Origin: Hypanus sabinus
Lineage: Eukaryota
Direction: 5' to 3'
NCBI RefSeq assembly: GCF_030144855.1
Contig: NC_082714.1
Span: 35,836,001 to 35,900,000, forward strand
Length of the DNA: 64,000 nt
Shown here: one piece after another, positions 51,554 through 62,064 of the stretch
How the letters are laid out: every line of letters starts with the position of its first letter
How positions within the stretch are numbered: position 1 is the first letter of the stretch
The notes under the pieces: model-generated
Told to the model about the DNA's origin: nothing
Database searches by the model: none
Seen by the model: the letters and a program-made list of their open reading frames with translations, nothing else
Made by a program: the position numbers and the translations under genes

Positions 51554-54363
51554 CAGTGTCTATAAAAGGTATTCACCCCCTTGGAAGTTTTCATGTTTTA
51601 TTGTTTTACAGCATTGAATCACAGTGGATTTAATTTGGCCTTTTTGACACTGATCAACAGAAAAAGACTTTCGTGTCAAAGTGAAAACTGATCTCTAAAA
51701 AGTGATCTCAATTAATTAAAGTATAAAACATAAAATAATTGAATGCCTAAGTATACTCACCCCCTTCAAGTCAGTATTTAGTAGATGCGCCTTTGGCAGC
51801 AAATTCATCCTTGAGTCTGTGTGGATAGGTCTCTATCAGCTTTGCACATCTAGGCACTGCAATTTTTCCCCATTCTTCTTTACAAAACTGCTCAAGCTTT
51901 GTCAGATTGCATGGGGATCGTGAGTGAGCAGCCCTTTTCAAGTCTAGCCACAAATTCTCAATTGGATTGAGGTCTGGACTCTGACTTGGCCACACCAGGA
52001 CATTAACTTTGTTGTTTTTAAGCCATTCCTGTGTAGCTTTGGCTTTATGCTTGGAGTTATTTTCTTGCATGAAAACAGATCTTCTCCTAAGTTGCAGTTC
52101 TCTTGCAGACTGCATCATGTTTTCCTCCAGGATTTCCCTGTAGTTTGCTGCATTCATTTTACCCTCTATCTTCACAAGCTTTCCAGGGCCTGCTACAGGG
52201 AAGCATTCCCACAGCATGATGCATCCATTCCCTTGCTTCACAGTAGGGATGGTGTACTTTTGATGAGGTGTGATGTTTGGCTTACCCCAAACATAGCATT
52301 TAGTCTGATGGCCAAAAAGCTCTGCCTAGTTTTGTCAGACCATAGAACCTTCTTCCAGCTGACTTCAGTCTCCTTCTGTCAAATCCTAGCCAAGGTTTCA
52401 TGTCTGTTTTTTTTCAATAGTGGCTTTCTCTTTGCCACTCTCCGATAAAGCTGTGACTGGTGAAGCACCCGGGCAACAGCTGTTGAATACACAGTCTCTC
52501 CCATCTCAGCCACCGAAGCTTGTAACTCCTCCAGAGTTGTCATAGGTCTCTTGGTGGCCCCCCTCACTAGCCACCCTGTTACACAGTCATTCAGTTTTTG
52601 AGGATTGCTTGCAGATTTATAGCTGTGCCATATTCTTTCCATTTCTTGGTGATTGACTTAACTACTCCAAGGGATATTCAGTGACTTAGAAATTTTCTTG
52701 TAGCCATCTCCTAATGTATGCTTTTCAATAATCTTTTCACGGAGTTGCTTGGTGTGTTCTTTTTCCTTCTTGGTATAGTTTTTGCCAGGATACTGTCTCA
52801 GCAGCAGTTGGACCTTCTTCTTCCTTGAGTTTTTACAGCAGTTGGCATCCAGACTGTTGCATTGCTGCCATTTTCAGGATTTACTGTCCCTCATTGTCCA
52901 TTCACTTGACTGCCTAAAGTCATCTTTCCACTCCCATCTCCCTTAAAAAACTAAACAACCATTTCCTCCCCTGATCTCTCTCCCCACATTCCAATAAACC
53001 TTTAACACTGTTCTCTACCGGTCCTATTTTGCACAATTTTTGTAGCATTTGTTGCCTTTCCTGTGCAAATTTCCTGCATGAAATAAGGATATGCTCTATT
53101 GTTTCAGTCTCCTGACACAGATTGCAAAAACCTGTCAGATGTTTATTTATGATGGCCAGAGTACCATTAAGGTTTGCTGTGCCCAATTATCAGTCTACTT
53201 AGAATTACTTGCTCCTTCTGCTTTACTCCCCTACTCCTTCCCATATCTACCCTGTTCTGAAATGTCTTCCTTTTATGGCTCTATCCCAATGCTGCTGCCA
53301 CTGTTGATTTATTCTTCTCCACATTATGCTCTTCCCTTCTGATTTTGATAGTTTAATATTGACCTCTACAGATCCTTCTTTGACTGCTGCTTTTGCCAGC
53401 TTATCTGCTGTCTCATTTCCCATAATACCTGAATGTGCTGGAACCCACATGAATGTGATATTTTTGCCTTGCCTAGCCAGTCTTGAGTTTGCAAACAGGA
53501 TTTCATAAAGCAGATCCATGTGTCCTCTAGCTGTACCCACCTTCATGCTTGCAAGGGCCAATACAGAATCGCTACATATCACAATATTATTACAATCAAC
53601 CTGCTCACTCCATTCTAGTGCTAACAATATGGCAAACATTTCAACTGCATAAACACTCAAGCAATCCGGCATTCACTTGCTAATTTCCACTTGATAACTT
53701 GGCACAACAATTGCAGACCCTGTTGCACCCATTTCTGGATCCTTTGATTCATCTGTAAAAATCTGTACATCTTTATATTTACATTCCCTATACATATGAT
53801 CAGTCTCCCTCCCTGCCATCCTATCACAGTTTGTAAGGAACCATGTACGAATATCGTTCCGGACCTATACAGGTCGTCGATCAATATTCCTACAGAAGGT
53901 CCCCCACAACACCCCAGCAGTTCCTCAGCCACCGCCACAGCCCTCTTCCTCCCCCGACCACCACCAGCAAAAGCTCTGAACTGAGAGCTTGATCTCCAAC
54001 CCTCGCCTCCCAGCAGTTGGACCTTCCAGATACAGGTGTATTTTTAACACAGTCAATTGAAATACCTTAACTGCACATGGTGATCTCTGCTTAACTAATT
54101 ACATGATTTCTAAAACCAATTGGCTGCACCAGTGATGACTTGGTGTGTTATATTAAAAGGGAGCAAATACTTATGCAATCAATTATTTTGTGCTTTAATT
54201 TATAATTAATTGAGATCACTTTGTAGAGACCTGTTCTCACTTTGACACAAAAAAGTCTGTTTCTGTTGATCTGTCAAAAAAAGCCAAATTAAATCCAGTG
54301 ATTCAATGTTGTGAAATAAAACATGAGCGTTTCCAAGGGGCCTGAATACTTCTTATAGGCATG
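51554..54363 (-). mobile_element. Tc1-like DNA transposon (about 200-bp IR/DR-type TIRs, TA TSD), interrupted by a LINE
   Basis: TA|CAGTGTCTATAAAAGGTATTCA ... GAATACTTCTTATAGGCATG|TA. Transposase remnants 52379-52642 (HTH, RVAKRKPLL) and 51771-52241 (WPSQSPDLNPIENLW). The second catalytic Asp appears mutated (MQENN). Confidence 0.92.
52818..54010 (-). mobile_element. Nimb/I-group LINE 3' fragment (RNase H plus CCHC) nested in the Tc1, 16-bp TSD
   Basis: RNase H IFTDESK..SVYAVEMFAILLAL..ICSDS..WVPAHSGIMGNETADKLAK; CNLC..ETIEHILISC; (GAA)n tail. CAGCAGTTGGACCTTC at 52802-52817 and 54011-54026. Confidence 0.9.
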
Positions 54364-54804
54364 TACATACACACAGCACACACTCAGGCAAGTAGAGCAA
54401 AGCACTCTTGGTTCAACTGCATAATTGTCAGAACACACTGATGCCATCAGCAGTGTTTGAAAGCAACTGTCAGAAATATCAGAAATACATTACCGAACAA
54501 AAACACTGTCGCTCAAATGGTTCTTCAAAAAAATAAACAAAAGGCACTCTTTTTTCAAACTTCCTTTTTACAATCATTTGATGGATTGGACACAAGGCAC
54601 AGATACCTCTATGAGTGACATTACTTGTTGCAGAAATGTGGTTGGTAATGTGCAAATGGGGTCAATAAGCATGAAATGATTTTTAAAAATTTGTCATGAA
54701 ACTATTTTGGCCCTGAATAAGCTTTTACACAACAGATAGACAAAAGTAGCTATGAACCAAGTGCAGGTATATGGGCGTATTTGTAGATGGGTACTTAATG
54801 GCTC

Positions 54805-55155
54805 ACATAAGAGCAAAATGGTGCCATTCTGCCCATCAAGTTTGTTCCATCATTTGACCATAGCTGATTTTTTTCCCCTCACCACCCCATTCTTTTGCTT
54901 TCTCCCAGTAACCTTTAACCCTTTACTAATCAGGCATCCATTAACCTTTCCTTTAAATATACCTAATGGTTTGGCCTCCACAGCCATCCGTGACAATGAA
55001 TTCCACAGATTCACGTTCTCTGGCTAAAGAAATTCCTCCTCACCTCTGTTCTAAAGGGACGCCCTTCTAGTCTGAGGCTGGGCCCCCTGATCTCAGACTC
55101 TCCCACTAATGCAAACATCTGCTCCATGATCACTCTGTCTAGGCCTTTCAATATT
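54805..55155 (-). mobile_element. CR1 3' fragment
   Basis: aatgaattccacagattcac..tggctaaagaaattcctcctc, also shared with 62270-62330. Confidence 0.75.
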
Positions 55156-55489
55156 TAACACAAACAGGATGATTTGAAGGGCCTGGTGCTGGGCTGCGGA
55201 AACTCTGCAGTACTCTGACCACCAGTAGCACACAATCAGTGCCTCAATAACTGTTGTAGTGGGCACTTACCTGCTAGAAAAGGAGCAAGAAGGAAAATAT
55301 TAAAAGCCTGACAAAGCTGCCTGGTTACACTGTATATTCCAAAGTGTGCATGCAACTTCCTATATGTATTGCTTTAGTTTGGAAGGAGTGTAAGTTCGTA
55401 ACTAAGTTCTCTTTGTTTATTTGAACTTCATGGAGTATTAATAAGATGAATTGCTCTCACTTAGTCCACTGCCATTGTGCTCCAAAGTG

Positions 55490-55990
55490 ATGATGAGATG
55501 AGGCCTCCGCCGGGCAGTCGACCATGGATGTTGCGTGCTAGCTATCTCGGTATGCAAGCCTGGGTAGTACAATACGGACAGCAAGTTGTTGCCCAAACAG
55601 AAAGCTCCCCTCTTCACGCATCTGATGAACCCACAGGAACAGCAGAGGTGGACACAAATTAACACAAACAGCGGTGCAGTCAGCTTTGAACGCAACATAG
55701 GACTGCCTTAGGGGCTTCAACTCCGGAATTTCCCCTCAGAGTTTACTCCTGAGGCCTTCCCTATGAATGGTTAAAGCCACAAGGCACCAGTGGTTTGAGA
55801 TTAGTTTTCCTTCTCGTAGATGAGCTGCCACCCACAGCTGATGAGCCCCATCTGCCTCAAGCGACTGGTTTTGAGGCGCCAAGAACTCGCCTTTGCCCTT
55901 TCTCCTGTCAGTAGAAACGGTTCCACACGGCTTAATAGCTAAGTTACACATGAAGGCCAGGAGCTGGACTTGGTTGTCAGAGCCTCAAAT
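55490..55990 (-). mobile_element. RTE-related repeat (5'-UTR-like or SINE)
   Basis: GC-rich non-coding repeat with gagaaggaaaact..aaacc wording typical of RTE 5' regions. The family assignment is an inference. Confidence 0.5.
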
Positions 55991-56259
55991 AGCTTCGGAG
56001 TACCCACTCTATAATAAAAAATACCCAGTACATGTCAACACTCTTCAACGCACTGGGTACCTACAATTTATGGTTAGAAGTTACCTTCAGAATCCAGCCT
56101 GATCTGCTGCACAAAGAAAATAAACTAAAGCAGTCCGACTTTCACTCTCCTTACACAACCCTCAGAGTACCACTTCTTCCACCGTGCCCCGATTTGTTGT
56201 AAATAGCTTTCGGTCTTGTATCGTAGTCTCATACCCATTATTTCAGTAAACACTTTGTT

Positions 56260-56304
56260 TTTATTGGGAAGCACAGTACATCCAGTACAAAAGTAAACTT
56301 TATT
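56260..56304 (-). promoter_or_regulatory. Candidate polyadenylation signals of C7orf50 (AATAAA at 56299-56304 and 56260-56265)
   Basis: Two TTTATT hexamers on the + strand, about 160-200 nt downstream of the stop codon. Confidence 0.6.
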
Positions 56305-56465
56305 ACATACACTGAAATTAGAAATCAAACTTTCAGAAAACACCTTTCAGCAGAGTATTCAAATAAAGATTCTTTTTAAAAAGCTGCATAAACTCCATCT
56401 GAATATAAATTCTCCATTGCTAGGGATAGCGAAACTTCACTGAACGGAGAGATAATCACAAAGCT

Positions 56466-56533
56466 TCAAGATAAAATCTGGAGGACTTGCCGCATGCGTT
56501 CAATCTTCTCTTGGCTGAACACAGTGGGATCAT
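56466..56533 (-). CDS. C7orf50: C7orf50 orthologue, last coding exon including stop codon
   Basis: Acceptor tgttttcacttgaatag|AT GAT CCC is in phase with the upstream exon. Gives (D)DPTVFSQEKIERMRQVLQILS*, resembling the human C-terminus RAQRIRQVLQLLS*. Stop TGA at 56468-56466. Confidence 0.9.
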
Positions 56534-56724
56534 CTATTCAAGTGAAAACATATGAAAAGAATTACTTTTCTTCATATAGAATATATGAATTGTGCTTAAT
56601 AGATACTTATTTCACTCTGTCACTCAGTGACTCCCTTTCTCTTCTGGTTCTAAGGATATCTGGAAACAGGGCAATGATTCTGTACAGGTTTTATACACAG
56701 TGAGCTGCTGGCAAACTAGTATAA

Positions 56725-57010
56725 ATAGAGAGTGAAGAGAATAAACAAAGTAAGAGGAAGAATAGAAAAATGGAAGAAAAAGGAGAAATGAAGGAAAGCA
56801 CAAAGGGAAAGAAGAGAAGGGAATGGAGAAGGGAAGGATGTGGGAGGAGAGAAGAGGAAAGGGAGTGAATGATGGGGAAGAGGAATGAGAGGGAGAAAGA
56901 TGGATAAAGAGAAAGAAAAGACGGAGGGAAAGAAGGAATGAGGGAGGATAGTGGAAGAGGAAAGATATGGAGTGAGTAAAGGTGGACAGAAATGTAGATG
57001 ATAAATAAAA
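56725..57010. repeat. Polypurine (GA-rich) low-complexity tract in the last C7orf50 intron
   Basis: About 280 nt almost entirely A/G on the + strand, i.e. a pyrimidine tract on the gene strand. Confidence 0.85.
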
Positions 57011-57939
57011 GACACTAGCAAAGGAGAACACAGTCCATGGGAATAAAAAAGATGCATTTATATAGCTCCATTCCTGTTCAATGTGCCAAAGGTTCATTTG
57101 AAGTGTTTTTACTGTAGTAATATATGGAGCACAGTAGTCAATATGCACAGCACGGACCCAGAAACAGCAAAAGCAAAATGATCATGGCCAGATATTCTGT
57201 TTGACAATGCTTTCTAGTAGTAATCTTTTAAGCATCTTCACTTCTGAAATTATACTGAAACTGTCTGTAATAATTGGATGTAAAGAGCTATAATCATAGA
57301 ATTTTAAGTTTACTACTTGTCATAATGCTTTTGTCAATGTAATCATATATGTATAATGTATATTTCACAATAAAGCCTTGAACTTAATGCAGTCATATTC
57401 CATGAAGCTGTGCATTTTCCTGAGGCTGAGCAACACTAAACCTGCTGTCTATCAGTCACTACAACTTCCCAATAAAGCTTGAAATGTTATTTCATAGCCT
57501 ATGAATAATTGCATAAACCTCTTAAGGTCTCCCTCTGCAGGTGCCATGTGAGGTGTAATCAAATTGTCACACACGTTCTGAGTGATTACAACTCAGAATG
57601 ACTCTAATCCCCAGCTTCCACTTGCATGCGTGCTTGCAAAGCCATGCTGAATGCAAAGTTCCAAAATTGTGGGCCAAGGTTTGCAGATCTCATGGATTGT
57701 CAAAGATTGGAGCAGAGCTGCTGGAATTCCCCATTCACAAGGGATAACTTCCCTCAGATTACATGCCTGGTTAGTCTTGGCACAGGCTCAGCACGCCCAG
57801 ACATTTGAAAGGCACAGCAGAAACTTACAATTAAGATAAATCAGATTTTAATCAATCATTTTGTCTTATTTTATTATTCTCAATTATTTATATTATTTTC
57901 AGTGCTTTCTTATAACTTTTAAAGTAAATTTTAATTATA

Positions 57940-58250
57940 GTCATAGACATATCATTACAGGAACAGGCCTCAACACAACACATTCTTCCTGCTGAAGATA
58001 CCTATCTAACAAAGTCCCTTTTGCCCGCATTTGGCCCATATCTTTTTTATTCTCTCTTAACCATTTATCTGTCCAAGCATTGTAATTGAACCCACTTCTA
58101 CTACTATCTCTGGCAGCTTGTTTCAAATACCACCATTCTCCATGTGAAGATCTTTAAACCTTTCTCCTTGCACCTTAAACCTATGTCCTTCAGTTTTAGA
58201 TTTATCCATCTGGAAAAAAGTCTGTGACTATCAACCCCATCTATGTTTTG
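57940..58250 (-). mobile_element. Decayed CR1 3' fragment
   Basis: ggaacaggcc terminus; caccttaaacctatgtcct. Confidence 0.55.
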
Positions 58251-58306
58251 AATATTTTAACAGTTTGTCTGCTTTGTAGATAGTTTTGAAAGGATTTTGC
58301 TATGTA

Positions 58307-61300
58307 CACTGCCTTGAAAAACTACTCAGCCCCCACAAATATTTCCATATCTTACTATATCATTTCTTAAATCTGAAATATATAGAAGGATTTTTTAGCT
58401 AATCTACAAAACATTATGTGTACATGGCTCTACAATCTCTAAGACCTCAGACAAACAGGTATTTATGGAGGTGTAGATTGAAAGAAGCCCTGGCTAAAAA
58501 AAAAATCCTATATTTGAAATATATTGAAGGATTTTTCAGCTAAGCTACAACACATTTTGTGTTCATAGCTCCACAGTTTCTTAGGCCTTGCACAAAACAG
58601 GTAATTATGGAAGAGTAAACATGAGGAAATCTGCAGATGCTGGAAATTCAAACACACACAGAAAATCCTGGTGAAACACAGCAGGCCATGCAGCATCTAT
58701 AGGGAGAAGCACTGTTGATGTTTCGGGCTGACACCTTTCATCAGGACTAACTGAAAGGAAAGATACTAAGAGATTTGAAGTAGTGGGGGGAGGGGGAAAT
58801 GCAAAATGATAGGAGAAGACCGGAGGGGGTGGGATGAAGCTAAGAGCTGGAAAGGTGATTGGCAAAAGGGATACAGAGCTGGAGAAGGGAAAGGATCATG
58901 GGACGGGAGGCCTAGGGAGAAAGAAAGGGGGAGGGGGGAGCACCAGAGGAAGATGGAGAACAGGCAGAGTGATGGGCAGAGACAGAGAGAAAAAAACAAC
59001 TAAATATGTCAGGGATGGGGTAAGAAGGGGGGGGGGGCATTAATGTAAGTTAGAGAAGTCAATGTTCAAGTCATCAGGTTGGAGGCTACCCAGCCAGTAT
59101 ATAACGTGTTGTTCCTCCAACCTGAGTGTGGCTTCATCTTGACAGTAGAGGAGGCCATGGATAGATATATCAGAATGGGAATGGGACGTGGAATTAAAAT
59201 GTGTAGCCATTGGGAGATCCTGCTTTCTCTGGCGGACAGAGCGTAGGTGTTCAGCGAAACACTCTCCCAGTCTGCGTCGGGTCTCACCAATATATAAAAA
59301 GCCACACCGGGAGCACCGGATGCAGTATACCACACCAGCCGACTCACAGGTGAAGTGTCGCCTCACCTGGAAGGACTGTCTGGGGCCCTGAATGGTGGTG
59401 AGGGAGGAAGTTTAAGGGCAGGTGCAGCACTTGTTCCGTTTACAAGGATAAGTGCCAGGAGGGAGATTGGTGGGAAGGGATGGGGGGGGGGGGGGGGGGG
59501 AAACGAGTGGACAAGGGAGTCATGTAAGGAGTGATCCCTGTGAAAAGCAGAAGTAGGGGGAGGGAAAGATGTGCTTGGTGGTGGGATCCCGTTGGAGGTG
59601 GCGGAAGTTACGGAGAATTATACGTTGGACCTGGAGGCTGGTGGGGTGGTAGGTGAGGACAAGGGGAACCCTATCAGGAGTGGGGTGGCGGGCAGATGGG
59701 GTGAGGGCAGATGTGCGGGAAATGGGAGAGATGCATTTGAGAGCAGAGTTGATGGTGGAAGAAGGGAAGCCCCTTTATTTAAAAAAGGAAGACATCTCCT
59801 TCATCCTGGAATGAAAAGCCTCATCCTAAGAGCAGATGCAGCAGAGACAGAGGAATTGTGAGAGGGGGATAGCATTTTTGCAAGAGACAAGGTGGGAAGA
59901 GGAATAGTCCGGGTAGCTGTCAGAGTCTGTAGGCTTATAGTAGATTATGAAAGTAGATTATGGAAGAGTGGCAAGAAAGAAGCCCAGGCTAAAAAGTTTC
60001 CTAAATTTGAAATATATTGAAGGATTTTTGAGCTAATCTACAAAACATTGCGTGTCATATCAAAAATAAAACTTCCAAGACGTCAACAATTTACTAAAAA
60101 TTTAAAACCAAAATTGTGAGGCTGAAAAAGTATCCATCCCCTGTGTAATCACTACACTAACTTTCCTCAGGTGCAATACAATATATTACCTTACCAACAC
60201 ACCCAATTTGTTGATGTGGAAACGTGGGAGATCAACCATTTTCCATGAATTCGTAAGAATAAATAAGACGAAAGATCATTCAAAGTAAGTCAGGGAAATG
60301 ATAATAAAGAAGCACAGATCTGGGGAAGGCACTCAACATAACTCAGAAACCAGTGCAGTCCACTGTGAAAAAGTGGATAAAATATAAAACCACAGCCACA
60401 CTGCTTCGCTCAGACCATTCCTCTAGACTTAGTCGCTGGTGAAGAATGGCACTTGTAAGAGAGGCTACTGTGACACCAACTGTAACTCTGAGTGAGTTGT
60501 AGAAGTCCGTGGCTGCAAGTGGAGATGAAGTTCATGGCTCCACAATCTCTAAAGCCTTACACAAAGCAGACATTTATGGAAGAGTAACAAGAAAGAAGCC
60601 ATGGCTGAAAAAAAGCATATCCTTGCCTATAAAGACATTGCAAAGCGTCACTTAGTAGACAGGCCTTGTGGTTGGATGAGACTAAAGTGGAGCTTTTTGG
60701 CCTTAACACTAAGCAGTACGTGCAGTGTAAATCTAATATTGTGCTTCAGCTATCCCTACTATAAAGTATGGTGGAGGTAACATCGTACTGTTGAGATGCT
60801 TTTCAAAAGGTCAGGATTGATGGGAAATTGAATACTGCTAGCTATAAAGAGATCCTGGATAAAAACCAGCTAGCCTCTATCAGAAAGTTTAAGCTGGAGA
60901 AGAAGTTTGTCATTTAGCAGAACATAACCCAAAACACCAGAGCAACCATGGAATGGCTTCAAATGAAGAAAATTGATGCCCTTGAGTGGCCCTGTCAGAG
61001 CCCTGACATTAACTTTTTCAAACATTTCTGGCAAGACCTGAAGGTTGCTGTCCACTGCCACTTCCCAAGTAACCTGGAACAGCTTGAGCAATTTTGCACT
61101 GAGGAATGGGCAAATCTATCGCATTGTGCAAAGCTAGCAGAGACTTGTCCAAAAAGACCACTGGCTGTAATAGCTGTGAGAGATGGTTCAACTAAGTACT
61201 GAGCAAAGTGGGATAGATACTTTTGACCTACTACCATTTCAGTTTTTGAACTTTTAGTTTTTCATGCTTTCCAATTTTCCCTCTTTTTTGGGCTCTACAG

Positions 61301-61426
61301 TGGGAAAAAAAGGGAGCTTGTGATGCACAAATAAAAAATTCTAAGTTAAATCAATCAAAATCCCTGGTTGTAATACTCATTTATGTGAACAAAGGATTGG
61401 GGACTGAATACTTCTACAAGGCCCTG
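58307..61426 (+). mobile_element. Tc1-like transposon, decayed, interrupted by a Penelope element and internal tandem duplications
   Basis: TA|CACTGCCTTGAAAA..CTCAGCCCC ... GGGGACTGAATACTTCTACAAGGCCCTG|TA. Transposase remnants WLDETKVELFG and WPCQSPDINFFKHFWQDLK..STKY* (60948-61202). Confidence 0.85.
58617..59956 (-). mobile_element. Penelope-like element (Neptune type) nested in the Tc1, 13-bp TSD ATTATGGAAGAGT
   Basis: GIY-YIG ORF 59040-59366 (VVYCIRCSRCGFLYIGETRRRLGECFAEH); pLTR with CTGATGA/GAAAC; TSD at 58604-58616 and 59957-59969. Confidence 0.92.
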
Positions 61427-61628
61427 TATAAAGGCTTTCAGGGAGGTTCAAGAACAGGGCATTCTCTGGTTCATTAAAAAGTAATCTTTTAAGATTCACA
61501 GCTTCTCTTGGAAACTCTCAGCCAACATAATCATCCTTACAGATCCAGACCCGCCAAGTTTAGCCCAACAGGAAAAATGAGTAGTTGACACCATGTAACA
61601 AAATCTAGGCTGTTCATCGAATATTTAC

Positions 61629-61743
61629 CTGTAGAGTCAGATTCCTTAATCAGTGCCTCCGTTTTCTGAATGGTTAGATCGCGAGCATTTCCTTTCAGTC
61701 CTTCCAAATAACCCAGAAGCAGAGTAAAGTGCTCATCAGAAAT
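61629..61743 (-). CDS. C7orf50: C7orf50 (cholesin / WKF-domain protein) orthologue, penultimate coding exon
   Basis: Minus strand gttttag|ATT...ACA G|gtaaat. The 115 nt translate to ISDEHFTLLLGYLEGLKGNARDLTIQKTEALIKESDST, which matches my recollection of human C7orf50 [38 protein letters not shown]. Canonical AG/GT sites, phase 0 to phase 1. Confidence 0.92.
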
Positions 61744-62064
61744 CTAAAACAGATGAGAAACCAGTCAGTAAATGAGCAGTGTCAAAGGAGTTCCATAACC
61801 ACGACCACAAAATGCTCCCTATAAAAGTATTCTTAACTTACATTTTCATAAATTATCAAAGGGCATTATTGGGCGAGTACATTGATAATAATTATTTCGA
61901 TGTTCCAAGTATGAAATTCCAAGAAACATGAGGTTAATATTTCCTGGCCACTTATTAAGCTATTGGAACTCCACAATTTGTTTATTGACCCCATTCTCTC
62001 TACCCAACACTTCAACAAAAACATATCGTCAAATTCAGCCCTCAATATTGGTCATCTACTTAAG

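Noticed and set aside
53247-53672. RNase H ORF as a host gene or transposon cargo
   Set aside because: It is part of a TSD-flanked Nimb/I LINE fragment inserted into the Tc1, with a mutated motif (TDES) and frameshifts.
56624-57148. 174-aa Phe/Ser/Leu-rich ORF that looks like a membrane protein
   Set aside because: It is a translation artefact of the pyrimidine tract and has low complexity. Only its 3' end is considered, as a possible alternative exon.
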